The translations under genes and the position numbers were made by a program. The notes beneath the pieces were generated by a model, which searched no databases, was not told the DNA's origin, and saw only the letters and a program-made list of their open reading frames with translations. From a virus (taxonomy: Duplodnaviria; Caudoviricetes), in the IMG/VR virus record IMGVR_UViG_3300047279_000033, positions 1 through 37,479 of that record: 37,479 nucleotides of DNA, one strand, 5' to 3'. Shown here in pieces: positions 1 to 8,121 of this stretch; within the stretch, counting starts at the first letter, position 1, and each line of letters opens with the position of its first letter.

Positions 1-82
1 CGGGGTGAACCATGTAAATGCCGCCCATATAAAATCATTAAATGGGGCGGCCCGACGGCCGCCCACTTCGTTAGGCGCAGTG
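1..82. repeat. Terminal overlap with 37398-37479 (circular/permuted assembly)
   Basis: 82-nt ungapped match to the last 82 nt with 8 mismatches, all in the first 56 nt. The end copy keeps an intact ORF start and a perfect UUCG hairpin, so this copy probably has read-end errors. Confidence 0.9.
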
Positions 83-484
83 GATCAGCGCGAAGTTGAT
101 CACGACTGCTTCCGACAGCGAACCGCCAGAAATGTTACGCAAGCTGATGCTGACCGAACCGGCTGCCAGCGCGTTTGCAAACACGTTGTACGAGCCGGCA
201 GTAGCCTGACCGCCAGCGATTGTAAGGATCACAGTGTCGTTGGCCGAGATCAGGCTGTTGTTCAGCGTGAACGTGGCGTTGGTGGCCGTGGCCAACGAAG
301 CGTTGTTCATGGTGATCACGCCAGCCGACGTGTTCAGCGTGACCGCCGTGCTTTTGCTGGTCAACTGCGTAACGGCGCCTTGCGCGGCTGCGGTGTAGCC
401 AAGCTGCTCGTCGGTCAGGATGTATTGCGCACCGACAATATCCTGATCGAGGAAGGCAACACCGATAGATTTGGTATTCGCCAT
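71..484 (-). CDS. Putative capsid decoration/minor virion protein
   Basis: 137 aa, A/T/S/G-rich beta-type sequence; second gene after the coat gene; AGGAG RBS. Confidence 0.6.
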   Translation of the reverse strand: MANTKSIGVAFLDQDIVGAQYILTDEQLGYTAAAQGAVTQLTSKSTAVTLNTSAGVITMNNASLATATNATFTLNNSLISANDTVILTIAGGQATAGSYNVFANALAAGSVSISLRNISGGSLSEAVVINFALIHCA

Positions 485-496
485 TGTTTTTCTCCT

Positions 497-527
497 AAAA
501 GGTAGCCCCGGCCCAAAAGCCGGGGCT
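497..527 (-). terminator. Intergenic stem-loop (possible terminator or processing site)
   Basis: AGCCCCGGC/GCCGGGGCT 9-bp stem at 504-527, followed on the minus strand by ACCTTTT. Confidence 0.5.
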
Positions 528-535
528 GACCTCTA

Positions 536-949
536 TTAAGACATGCGGTACAGCGTCCAAGCGCCTTCAGCGGACTTGCGGGCAAGCATAGCCGCGCCGG
601 TCGTGACCGGGATGGTCATCGTCAGCGAACCCGACACAGTCCAACCGGTGCCAGCGGCGATAACCGCAGTACCGGACGACGTGCCAAGGTTGACCACGCG
701 GAACATGAAAGACGTGCCGACCTTTTCCGAGTTGGACAGAACAGCTTCCAGCGCCGCCACAGTCGGCAGCGTGTAGGTCTGCGTAGCGGTGACGCCGCTG
801 TTGGCCAAGATCACGCCGTTCAGCACCTGAGCCGGGGTGAGCGTAGCAGCCGCCGTGATGGAGATCGGAAGCGGGATCGCGTCGATAAGCGGTTCATTCA
901 GGTTGCCATCGCCGACCTGATAACCACCGCCGCCATTGGGGAGAGCCAT
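536..949 (-). CDS. Putative capsid decoration protein
   Basis: 137 aa directly after the coat gene; LTPAQVLNGVI...YTLPT pattern resembles small head accessory proteins. Confidence 0.6.
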   Translation of the reverse strand: MALPNGGGGYQVGDGNLNEPLIDAIPLPISITAAATLTPAQVLNGVILANSGVTATQTYTLPTVAALEAVLSNSEKVGTSFMFRVVNLGTSSGTAVIAAGTGWTVSGSLTMTIPVTTGAAMLARKSAEGAWTLYRMS

Positions 950-972
950 TGTATAATCCTTTCAAAGAAGTT

Positions 973-994
973 GGCCCCCGGCGAACCGGGGGCC
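973..994 (-). terminator. Stem-loop after the coat gene
   Basis: GGCCCCCGG-TTCG-CCGGGGGCC on the minus strand; weak U tract, so probably leaky. Confidence 0.55.
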
Positions 995-1003
995 GGTTTC
1001 AGC

Positions 1004-2212
1004 TTAGCCCCAGACGCGGCAAGCCATCTGCGGACGGATCGTGCTGTAGCCGTACAGAACGTCGATGCGGCAAGGCATACGGTCGTTGTTGATGTCGTAC
1101 TGACGAACGATACGCAGGCTGATGCCGTTATGCACCTGACGCGACGCCATATCGACACCCTGCGGCAGCAGAAGATCGGCGGTGGCGAAGGTGATGGCGT
1201 CCTTGTGGTACACCAGGTTCTGCGCGTACTGGGTGCCAGCAGCACCAACGAACACGACAGCCTGCGAAGTGGCCGGCAGCACGTTCACAGTGGCCAGCGC
1301 GTTGGCAGCCGAGTAGATCGGCGCAACGGTGATGTTGCCTTCACCCGAAGCACCCAACGTGACGTTGGCCAGTGCGACGAACTGGAACAGCGAACCAGTG
1401 CTTTCACGGGTCTGCGGGTTCACAGCGAAGCAGCCGTTCACAGTGAACACGTCACCAGCACGGACGGTAGCCGCTGCGCCAGCGCCGGTGATGGCGATGG
1501 TGGTGGCGCCTTCAGCAGTGACAGCCGCCGAGGTCGTGCCGCCGGTGGCGGTACGGGTGCCGGTGGTGAACTGCTTGATGGACTGCGACATATTGATTTC
1601 TTCGAAACCAAGCACGCCCGTACCCATCATGCCGTTCTTGAACTGCTTGCTGATGGTGTCGGTCGGGTTGAACAGGCCCTTCATGCCTTCAACCAGGCCA
1701 GCGTTGGCAGCCGGGTTGACCGTCGCGTAGCGCGGCGACATCACGGCAGCGTTCTCGTTCAGCTTCTGCTGGGCCTGAAGCAGAACCAGCGAAGTGGACG
1801 GGGTGGTGCCGGGGGTGCCGACCGTGTTGCCGATGGTGGCGTAGGCGTTGGCCACGTCAGCGTCGATGCTGGAGGCAAGCTGCGAGATACGCGGCTTCAG
1901 CACGCGTTCTGCAAAGTCGTCCAACTGCATGGTCAGTTCGGCGGTCGTGAAGTTCACGCCAATGTGCTTCTGGTTGGCAACGGTCAGCGTGGTGAACTGT
2001 TCGTTGTCATCCTGCACCTGAAGGGCAGCGCCGTCCGTGACCAGCGCGCGGTCGGGCAGACGGATACGCAGGGTCGAACCGATCTTGGCACCTTCAACAG
2101 CGAAGCTGTCGTCGTACTGACGGTTGACGTTGCGGGTGAGCACGAGGTTGTTCTCGAGGATTTCGAGAGCCTTCCGCGTGATCATGTCGATAGTAAGAAT
2201 CGAGTTAGCCAT
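1004..2212 (-). CDS. Major capsid protein, P22 coat (gp5)-like
   Basis: 402 aa; MANSILT...KIGSTLRIRLP N-terminus and LVYHKDAITFATADL...RIDVLYG C-terminus typical of the P22 coat family; follows the scaffold gene. Confidence 0.93.
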   Translation of the reverse strand: MANSILTIDMITRKALEILENNLVLTRNVNRQYDDSFAVEGAKIGSTLRIRLPDRALVTDGAALQVQDDNEQFTTLTVANQKHIGVNFTTAELTMQLDDFAERVLKPRISQLASSIDADVANAYATIGNTVGTPGTTPSTSLVLLQAQQKLNENAAVMSPRYATVNPAANAGLVEGMKGLFNPTDTISKQFKNGMMGTGVLGFEEINMSQSIKQFTTGTRTATGGTTSAAVTAEGATTIAITGAGAAATVRAGDVFTVNGCFAVNPQTRESTGSLFQFVALANVTLGASGEGNITVAPIYSAANALATVNVLPATSQAVVFVGAAGTQYAQNLVYHKDAITFATADLLLPQGVDMASRQVHNGISLRIVRQYDINNDRMPCRIDVLYGYSTIRPQMACRVWG

Positions 2213-2227
2213 GGTGGTAGTCCCAAA

Positions 2228-3019
2228 TTAACGGTTGCGTTGTGCCTCGTACTTCTTGATCTGCCGCATCCGTTCCGCTTCGATCCATTCCGACGTACTC
2301 ATCGACTTTGTCGAACGAGGGTCGGTTGTATCGTAAGCTGGCGCGCCAGAAGCGCGGGCTGTGACAGGTGCAATCGGTGCCGGGGCGGTTGAAGTCTTTC
2401 TAACCGGCGGGCTTGAGGCCATGCCGGCTTCAAGTTTTCCGATCTCTTTTGCCTGCAAGATGGGCGGCAGCCGGGCAATGCGATCCGCTTCCTTCGGGTT
2501 GGAACCGAGCCAATACAGGACATCGGGGCCAATGTCGGAAGCCTGGATGCTTTGCGCCATTGTCTCCGTGACGGACAGGTTGGGGTTGTAGGCGACTTGT
2601 TCAAAGTCGTCGTACCGATCCCGCGCTGATTCCTCACGGTCGTGGTAGCCTTCGAGCAATGCCTGCTGCTGCTTGGCGGTTTCCCGCCTTGCCAACAATT
2701 CCTCCGCTTTACGTTCGGCCAGAGCCTCTGCGTAATCTTCGTAGGTGTTGAACTGGTCGGCGGTCAGATCAGAAGGCGATGCTGCTGCTTTCTGCGCTTG
2801 GGCCATTTCCAGTCGCTGGGCTTGCTCACGCTCCCACTTACGCTGTTCCCTTGCAAGCCGCTTGCCGACGATTGCGTCCAGTTCCTCCTGGGAGAAGGTC
2901 TTGGATGCTTCTTGTTCGACAGGCGTTTCCGGCGTCGTGTTTTCTGCGGGCTGGATTGCTGCCGTGGCTTCCAGTTCCGGCGCGGAGGCATCCGCTTCAG
3001 TTGGGACATTCTCGCCCAT
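2228..3019 (-). CDS. Capsid scaffolding protein
   Basis: 263 aa acidic coiled coil (FSQEELDAIVGKRLARE) with a C-terminal SMSTSEWI helix; directly upstream of the coat gene. Confidence 0.8.
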   Translation of the reverse strand: MGENVPTEADASAPELEATAAIQPAENTTPETPVEQEASKTFSQEELDAIVGKRLAREQRKWEREQAQRLEMAQAQKAAASPSDLTADQFNTYEDYAEALAERKAEELLARRETAKQQQALLEGYHDREESARDRYDDFEQVAYNPNLSVTETMAQSIQASDIGPDVLYWLGSNPKEADRIARLPPILQAKEIGKLEAGMASSPPVRKTSTAPAPIAPVTARASGAPAYDTTDPRSTKSMSTSEWIEAERMRQIKKYEAQRNR

Positions 3020-3070
3020 GTATAACCCCTATGGAGTTCCCGGTGAACCTCGCCGGTACGGTTACTGTGT

Positions 3071-3099
3071 AACTTACACTATACAGTATCTGTGTGCAA
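3071..3099 (-). promoter_or_regulatory. Sigma70-like promoter for scaffold/coat genes
   Basis: TTGCAC-17 nt-TAAGTT in the intergenic gap. Confidence 0.55.
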
Positions 3100-3101
3100 C
3101 G

Positions 3102-3401
3102 TCACGCCCACACGCGGTGGGGGGCTGCTGGCTGAACGCTGATCGGCGCCAACGCAGCAAGCTGCTTGTCGGTGAAATCGCCGCGGAGGTTGGTGTGCCA
3201 GCCAGGGTATTCCACAACGGTGGGGATAGGCTCACCGGCCTTGTCCTTGGCTTTGCTGTAGCCCGTCACGCGGCTGAATGACCCGATGTGGTCGAGCGAA
3301 ACGCCCGCGACCGGGAAACCTTCTTCGTCGGTGACGCCCGCAGCAATCAGCGCAGCAAGCATTTCTACGTCGGTGTCGGTCATGAGATATAGGTCGATCA
3401 T
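3102..3401 (-). CDS. Small fibre-associated protein (possible chaperone)
   Basis: 99 aa; MIDLYL...GWHTNLRG...PHRVWA pattern; ATGA-coupled to the lectin gene. Confidence 0.6.
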   Translation of the reverse strand: MIDLYLMTDTDVEMLAALIAAGVTDEEGFPVAGVSLDHIGSFSRVTGYSKAKDKAGEPIPTVVEYPGWHTNLRGDFTDKQLAALAPISVQPAAPHRVWA

Positions 3402-4642
3402 ACGGTGAGCGCCTGTAGCTGTGCGTCGGTGAGACGGGTGGGGTAATATGTTATTCTCTGCATGTAGCCTGTGAGGCTGTTTGAGCCGCCCACGTCCGAT
3501 GAGCCGATGGACATACGGTCGGGGGAGGGTAGAGTGCCCGAAGTGTCGGTGGTAGCCGCGCCACCGTTTGCAGAAACAGCAAAATCGTTTGTCCGGTAAG
3601 CGTATGCAATTTTACGGACGGTGGTGTTTCCCAGTGACATAACGCCCTGAAGCCCCACCTGAGTAACACCAAGAACTACAGTCTGCGCTCTCCAGCCGGG
3701 GCCGTAACCAGCGGACAAAAGTAAGCTATGCTCAGAGTTAGACGCAGCCGCGCTGTCAATGTCATATATGCGCGCGAAGGCGTTACCGCCCGTTGGGGTG
3801 ACGCCCGTTGTGGTTGCGACAAACTGCGCGATAATTGTCCCTTGGCTCTGATTGTACCACGGCGAGAAAGCCGCCCCCGTTATTGACGCCACGTCAGCCG
3901 CGCGTGTGACCGTGGAGGCCACGGTGGGGATATGGCTGGTGGTGAACGCGCCGGTTTCGACCTGCGCGCCGTAGAGAAATACGCCCAAACCTATCGATGC
4001 GGGGGTATAAAGACTATCTATAGTTGTTACAGACGCTGGCTTCGGTGACAATGCAAAAACATAAGCCCCGCCGTCCGCGTCAGACGTTGCCGTTACTGTG
4101 CAACGATACCAGCCGTTGCCAGCATCGGTAATAGTGGCAGTTGTGGACGCAGAAGTTGCAACAATAGTCCCATTGCTCAAATCAACTAAAACGCCGTATG
4201 TAGTTGAGGCAAATGCTGTGTTTCCAAAGCTAAGCTGAGCGCGGGTATATTCACTTGCCTTCAGGTATGCAGAGCCAGTGTAAGTTGTGCTTATAGCACC
4301 TGAAAAACTTTTAAACCAACTGTGGCCATTACTAAGAATGTCTCCAGTAGCAAGTTTTGTAGCGTTGCTTGTCCCGTCCGGGCTGGTAGCAAAGTTTGCA
4401 GTGGCGGTTATCGAAAGGGCCGGAGATGCTGCCCAGCCCACCGTGCCGTCGCTGTACGTCATCAGGTTAACCCGCTGTTCTTCAATCAGCAGGCCCCGAG
4501 GAGCCAGCGTGGCAGGGTCAAAATCAAAACGCGGGGCGTTGATCGCCGCAGATTGGATCAAACCATTGCTGCCAACAAACGTAGCCGTGGTGGAGCGGGT
4601 GAACGTGATCAGATCAGCAAAGGCGTAATTGGTCAAAGGCAT
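3398..4642 (-). CDS. Virion adhesin/head-fibre protein with concanavalin A/LamG-like lectin domains
   Basis: 414 aa; ITFTRSTTATFV...PRFDFDP...GLLIEEQRVNL, GAQVETGAFTTSHIPT...TRAAD and YYPTRLTDAQLQALT motifs; GGAG RBS; AT-richer middle. Confidence 0.75.
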   Translation of the reverse strand: MPLTNYAFADLITFTRSTTATFVGSNGLIQSAAINAPRFDFDPATLAPRGLLIEEQRVNLMTYSDGTVGWAASPALSITATANFATSPDGTSNATKLATGDILSNGHSWFKSFSGAISTTYTGSAYLKASEYTRAQLSFGNTAFASTTYGVLVDLSNGTIVATSASTTATITDAGNGWYRCTVTATSDADGGAYVFALSPKPASVTTIDSLYTPASIGLGVFLYGAQVETGAFTTSHIPTVASTVTRAADVASITGAAFSPWYNQSQGTIIAQFVATTTGVTPTGGNAFARIYDIDSAAASNSEHSLLLSAGYGPGWRAQTVVLGVTQVGLQGVMSLGNTTVRKIAYAYRTNDFAVSANGGAATTDTSGTLPSPDRMSIGSSDVGGSNSLTGYMQRITYYPTRLTDAQLQALTV

Positions 4643-4645
4643 GAG

Positions 4646-4897
4646 TTAGCTCCAAGCCCAGAAGTTCGGGAAGCCTTGCCCGGCTGGATCGGCGGTGTAG
4701 GCGGTGTATGTCTGACCCGTGAAGTTTAAGTCAAGAGTTGCCCCATACGGCACGTTGCCGCCGATAAAATCAAGGATTAGCGTAGGCTCTCCGCCGTCAC
4801 GGCGCCCGCCGCCGCCCGCCCCGGTTCCCGAAGTAAGGGTAGCCGTGGTGACTATGCTTACGGACAAGCCGTTGCGGACGGGGATGCCAAAGCTCAT
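4646..4897 (-). CDS. 83-aa putative head-fibre anchor (N-terminal peptide, Gly linker, TLDLNF motif)
   Basis: Start MSFGIPVRNGL is ATGA-coupled to the stop of 4894..5196; same frame as the downstream lectin gene. Confidence 0.7.
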   Translation of the reverse strand: MSFGIPVRNGLSVSIVTTATLTSGTGAGGGGRRDGGEPTLILDFIGGNVPYGATLDLNFTGQTYTAYTADPAGQGFPNFWAWS

Positions 4898-5196
4898 CGA
4901 ATGTTGATCGGCTTGGCGTAGACGGTGCCGGATACGCCGATTTGCAGCGCGCTGACGCGCCACACACCGCCAGTTCCTTGCGGGACGGTGAAAGGAACCG
5001 GGGTAAACGCTGGGATGGGTGTGGCTGCGGATGTGGCCGTCACGCCTTCTCCTACCAGGATGTAGGAGTCAGTCGTAGACCACACCAGCACGCCTTGCGG
5101 GCCAGCGTTCCAGCCGGTCGTAGACCCTGCGGTGCCGGTATACGCAACAAGCTGCGTACCAAACCCGGCGTCATTCAAAGGGCGAAGCAGTTCCAT
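4894..5196 (-). CDS. Small beta-rich virion protein (possible head-spike base)
   Basis: 100 aa compact beta-sandwich-like sequence in the head module; AAGGA RBS. Confidence 0.6.
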   Translation of the reverse strand: MELLRPLNDAGFGTQLVAYTGTAGSTTGWNAGPQGVLVWSTTDSYILVGEGVTATSAATPIPAFTPVPFTVPQGTGGVWRVSALQIGVSGTVYAKPINIR

Positions 5197-5205
5197 AGTC
5201 GTTCC

Positions 5206-5568
5206 TTACGCCAGAAATTTGAGCTTATACAACGAGGTGTAATACAGCCCGAAAATTTCGTCGATAATGTTCTGGAGCGGGGTACACTCCTTATCGACGA
5301 CCTTATAGCGCATTTGCTCAAGGTCTTCTAGCTGCCCTTCAAGGAACTCGACCACGTTGTTGGTCTTTTTGGCCGACATCAGCGAGATCGGCCCGATCAG
5401 ACCGTACTTGCCTTGGTAGGCTTCGGCAAACTTGTCTGCCAGGTCGATGATGCCGTCATAGAACTCGTTCAGCGCGATGTGCTTGGCATAGCTGCGCGTG
5501 TTTAGGTGGGCGGAATGGGTCACATCCCGCGCCAGAAACAGCATCCCTACAAAGTCCGCGCACTTCAT
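5206..5568 (-). CDS. Ferritin/Dps-like four-helix protein (DUF5856-like)
   Basis: HSAHLNTRSYAKHIALNEFY...DKFAEAYQG resembles the Dps H...D-x3-E ferroxidase-site pattern; coupled to the portal stop. Confidence 0.7.
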   Translation of the reverse strand: MKCADFVGMLFLARDVTHSAHLNTRSYAKHIALNEFYDGIIDLADKFAEAYQGKYGLIGPISLMSAKKTNNVVEFLEGQLEDLEQMRYKVVDKECTPLQNIIDEIFGLYYTSLYKLKFLA

Positions 5569-7793
5569 TCCATCATTCCTTCAGGCGGCATTTCGGGCTG
5601 CATCTCGCCCATCTCGGGCATTTCCGGCTGCATCTCGGGTTGCTCCATGTCGGGCATCTCGCGCATCTGCGGCGCCCCGCCGATCAGGTCTCCGGTGTCC
5701 AGCGCCGCGGCGATTGTACCCATCACAATGTCCTGAATCTGCTCTGGCGTCATGCTCTGCTGCACGGCGCTGATCCGCTTCGTCTCGGCGTCGTAGGCGT
5801 CCACCTGGGCCTTGTATTCCTTGATGTCCACCTCGCGCTGGGCAACGCTGTCCTGCACGTTGGAGATGATGTCCGTCATGCGGTTCAGTTCTTGCGTCAT
5901 GGCTTCCATCTGCTGCTGGGCTGCCATCATCTCAGGCGACTGATCGCCTTCCGCCAGAACCTTCGGATCAAGAATTTTCTTGAACCGCGCCGCCATCTCC
6001 TGTGCGCCGGGCCAATCCATGTTCTTGATGAACAGATCGCCGGCCACAGTCCAAAGCTGCGGGTTGGATTGCAGGATCATCGACATGGCGTCCAAGGCTT
6101 CCTGACGCTTTGTCATGTAGCCTGGGCCGGTCGTAACCATCACGTCGTAGGTGCCGACGCTGGGGTTGTAGACCTTCTCGATCAGCGCACCCATCTGGTC
6201 ACGGATTTCCTTAACCGGTTCCGGCTGCGACGGGTTGAACTTGACCATGCTGACTTCGCCATCAACGCCGATGATGCGGGCGATGCGCTGCGTGTCGTAA
6301 ATCTTCGGGATCATGTCCACAATTTGCCGGGTGATGTGGCGGATCGCGCGGGCCAGATTATCCACGTAGTGGTACGTACCCACGTCGCCCTGCTTCTCGC
6401 GGGCAAGGATGGCCTTACCTGAGCGTTCGTTGCCCTGCATCCCAAGGCTGGCGTCGTACTGGCCAGTGGTTCCCTTGATGTCGTCAGCAGCCCCCATCTT
6501 GGCCTGGATCAAGCCGGTCTGGGGCAACGGAGGAGGCGCGCGCTGGGGCAGGGGGAGGACAGCCCCGGCTCCATCCGTCACGTCGGGATTGACCTCCAGG
6601 TACGGCCAATTGGTCGTATTGGCAGTCTTCCACTGCATTTCGTAGCCTTCAAACTGGCCGCCATAGCCAATGAAGGGCGCCTTGGGTGCCAGCGCCAGCA
6701 TCTCGGCTTCTTGGCTCGTCCAGTAGTTGTACATCCGCTGGGCGTCCTTGGCGTTCCGCACAAGGCCGCTGATGTACATCTGGCCTTCAACTTCCCACTC
6801 GTTGCCGATGACGCGCACGACCGGAATCCACTTGCCGGCCCACTCGCGCTCTTGCAGCACGTCGTAGCCGTTGGTCTTCATCCACATGACCTTCTTGCGG
6901 TCAACTTCGCGGCTGCGGATCGGCTTGCCAAACATGGCCATAAGCTGCTTGTCCTGCGGCGTGCCGCGGTAGGCAGTCTGGTTGTCCGGGTACAGGTGCA
7001 GCGTGGCTTTTTCGTGTCTGTAGTAGAAATACTCCGCGATGCGGATCGTGTCTTCCTGAAGCCACGCCGAAAGGCCCTGATCGCCCACACCTTGGCTGTA
7101 CAGCGTGCTGATCGGCGTCGCGTCCGGGAACTCCCGTTCATATTCTTCTTTGAGGATGTCTTCGGTGATGAAGCACCACTCAGCGTCGGCGCCGCATGGG
7201 TCTTGGATCGTCGGATCCATGTAGACGCTGAACGAGTTGCGGACGCGCCCGATGCGGATGTCCTGATCAAACGTCTCGTCGTTGCAGTATTCCGTCAGCA
7301 GGCGGATGTAGCCCTCGCCGTAGGTCACCTGGTTGTCGCAGGCGGTGTCGTAAGCCACGTCGGCGTCCGACATATACTCGATGTGCCGCACCACGCCGTT
7401 GAAAATCTCAGCGACCTGTACGTCAGCGTTGTCGTCCGCGGGGATGACCTTGCCGCTGGGCCGGTTCTGGCGCTGCTCGTTGGTCACCTGACGGACGTGC
7501 TGCGGCAGCTTGTTGATGGTCAGGCACGGGCGCGCGTTGATCGTCTGGCCCTGCACCGATCCGCGGGTTGCCAGCACGTCGGCGGGCCACTGCCACTGGT
7601 TGTCAGGGCTGCCGGCCATAAACCGCAGATCGTCCAGTTCATCTTCGCGGCTGTCCGAGTACGCCGACTGCGCCATCTTCAGGCGGTGGCGCATGGTCGC
7701 CATTTTGTCTTCGTCGCGCGCAGGCACCTTCTCAGGGTTTGACCCCACGTTGGCGACTTTACCCGCCGCTACCATGCCTGTGGGGTCGGCCAT
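5565..7793 (-). CDS. Portal protein, P22-like
   Basis: 742 aa; RPCLTINKL, GLVRNAKDAQRMYNY and GTYDVMVTTGP motifs plus a C-terminal coiled-coil barrel; downstream of TerL. Confidence 0.92.
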   Translation of the reverse strand: MADPTGMVAAGKVANVGSNPEKVPARDEDKMATMRHRLKMAQSAYSDSREDELDDLRFMAGSPDNQWQWPADVLATRGSVQGQTINARPCLTINKLPQHVRQVTNEQRQNRPSGKVIPADDNADVQVAEIFNGVVRHIEYMSDADVAYDTACDNQVTYGEGYIRLLTEYCNDETFDQDIRIGRVRNSFSVYMDPTIQDPCGADAEWCFITEDILKEEYEREFPDATPISTLYSQGVGDQGLSAWLQEDTIRIAEYFYYRHEKATLHLYPDNQTAYRGTPQDKQLMAMFGKPIRSREVDRKKVMWMKTNGYDVLQEREWAGKWIPVVRVIGNEWEVEGQMYISGLVRNAKDAQRMYNYWTSQEAEMLALAPKAPFIGYGGQFEGYEMQWKTANTTNWPYLEVNPDVTDGAGAVLPLPQRAPPPLPQTGLIQAKMGAADDIKGTTGQYDASLGMQGNERSGKAILAREKQGDVGTYHYVDNLARAIRHITRQIVDMIPKIYDTQRIARIIGVDGEVSMVKFNPSQPEPVKEIRDQMGALIEKVYNPSVGTYDVMVTTGPGYMTKRQEALDAMSMILQSNPQLWTVAGDLFIKNMDWPGAQEMAARFKKILDPKVLAEGDQSPEMMAAQQQMEAMTQELNRMTDIISNVQDSVAQREVDIKEYKAQVDAYDAETKRISAVQQSMTPEQIQDIVMGTIAAALDTGDLIGGAPQMREMPDMEQPEMQPEMPEMGEMQPEMPPEGMME

Positions 7794-7797
7794 ATGC

Positions 7798-7962
7798 TTA
7801 CTTTGACTTCTTCATAGGAGTTTCACGCATCCGCGTGGTGATGCTGATGATGTCCTTGCCGCCCGGCATGGGCTTACGCGCCAGCGGGATCGCGTCCATT
7901 TCGGCCTTCGGCTTGGGCATTTTCAGGCCCATCGGCATCTTGGCGGGGGTCATGCGGCGCAT
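7798..7962 (-). CDS. 54-aa basic Met/Pro/Lys-rich protein (not in ORF track)
   Basis: MRRMTPAKMPMGLKMPKPK...MKKSK; TAATG overlap with the upstream stop; fills the gap to the portal gene. Confidence 0.6.
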   Translation of the reverse strand: MRRMTPAKMPMGLKMPKPKAEMDAIPLARKPMPGGKDIISITTRMRETPMKKSK

Positions 7963-8117
7963 TATTTGCCCTTTTTAGCTGTTTTGGCGCTATTTTTGAA
8001 GTCTTTGGCTGTCGGGGCGCCCTTGTCGCCCGCCTTACGCATCTTTTCGCCAGAACCAGCGGCAATGCGCTCTTTCTTGGCATGAATGTTGGCATACAGG
8101 CCTTTTTTTGCCGCCAT
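7962..8117 (-). CDS. 51-aa Lys-rich protein
   Basis: MAAKKGLYANIHAKKERIAAGSGEKMRK...; starts 4 nt after the TerL stop. Confidence 0.7.
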   Translation of the reverse strand: MAAKKGLYANIHAKKERIAAGSGEKMRKAGDKGAPTAKDFKNSAKTAKKGK

Positions 8118-8121
8118 TTGA

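Noticed and set aside
971-2392. Long antisense ORFs (971..2392, 5640..6422, 6711..7742, 18658..19854 and similar)
   Set aside because: Shadow frames expected opposite high-GC3 genes; no motifs, RBS or local codon anomaly.
3064-3088. CTGT...ACAG as a LexA SOS box
   Set aside because: Spacing is 14 nt rather than 8.
4688-4738. Repeat pair 4688-4738 / 33441-33491 as a DGR template/variable repeat
   Set aside because: Differences are mostly synonymous and not confined to adenines, both copies are coding, and no reverse transcriptase is present.
5570-5670. EMQPEMP repeats at the portal C-terminus
   Set aside because: Ordinary low-complexity disordered tail; no sign of a separate element.
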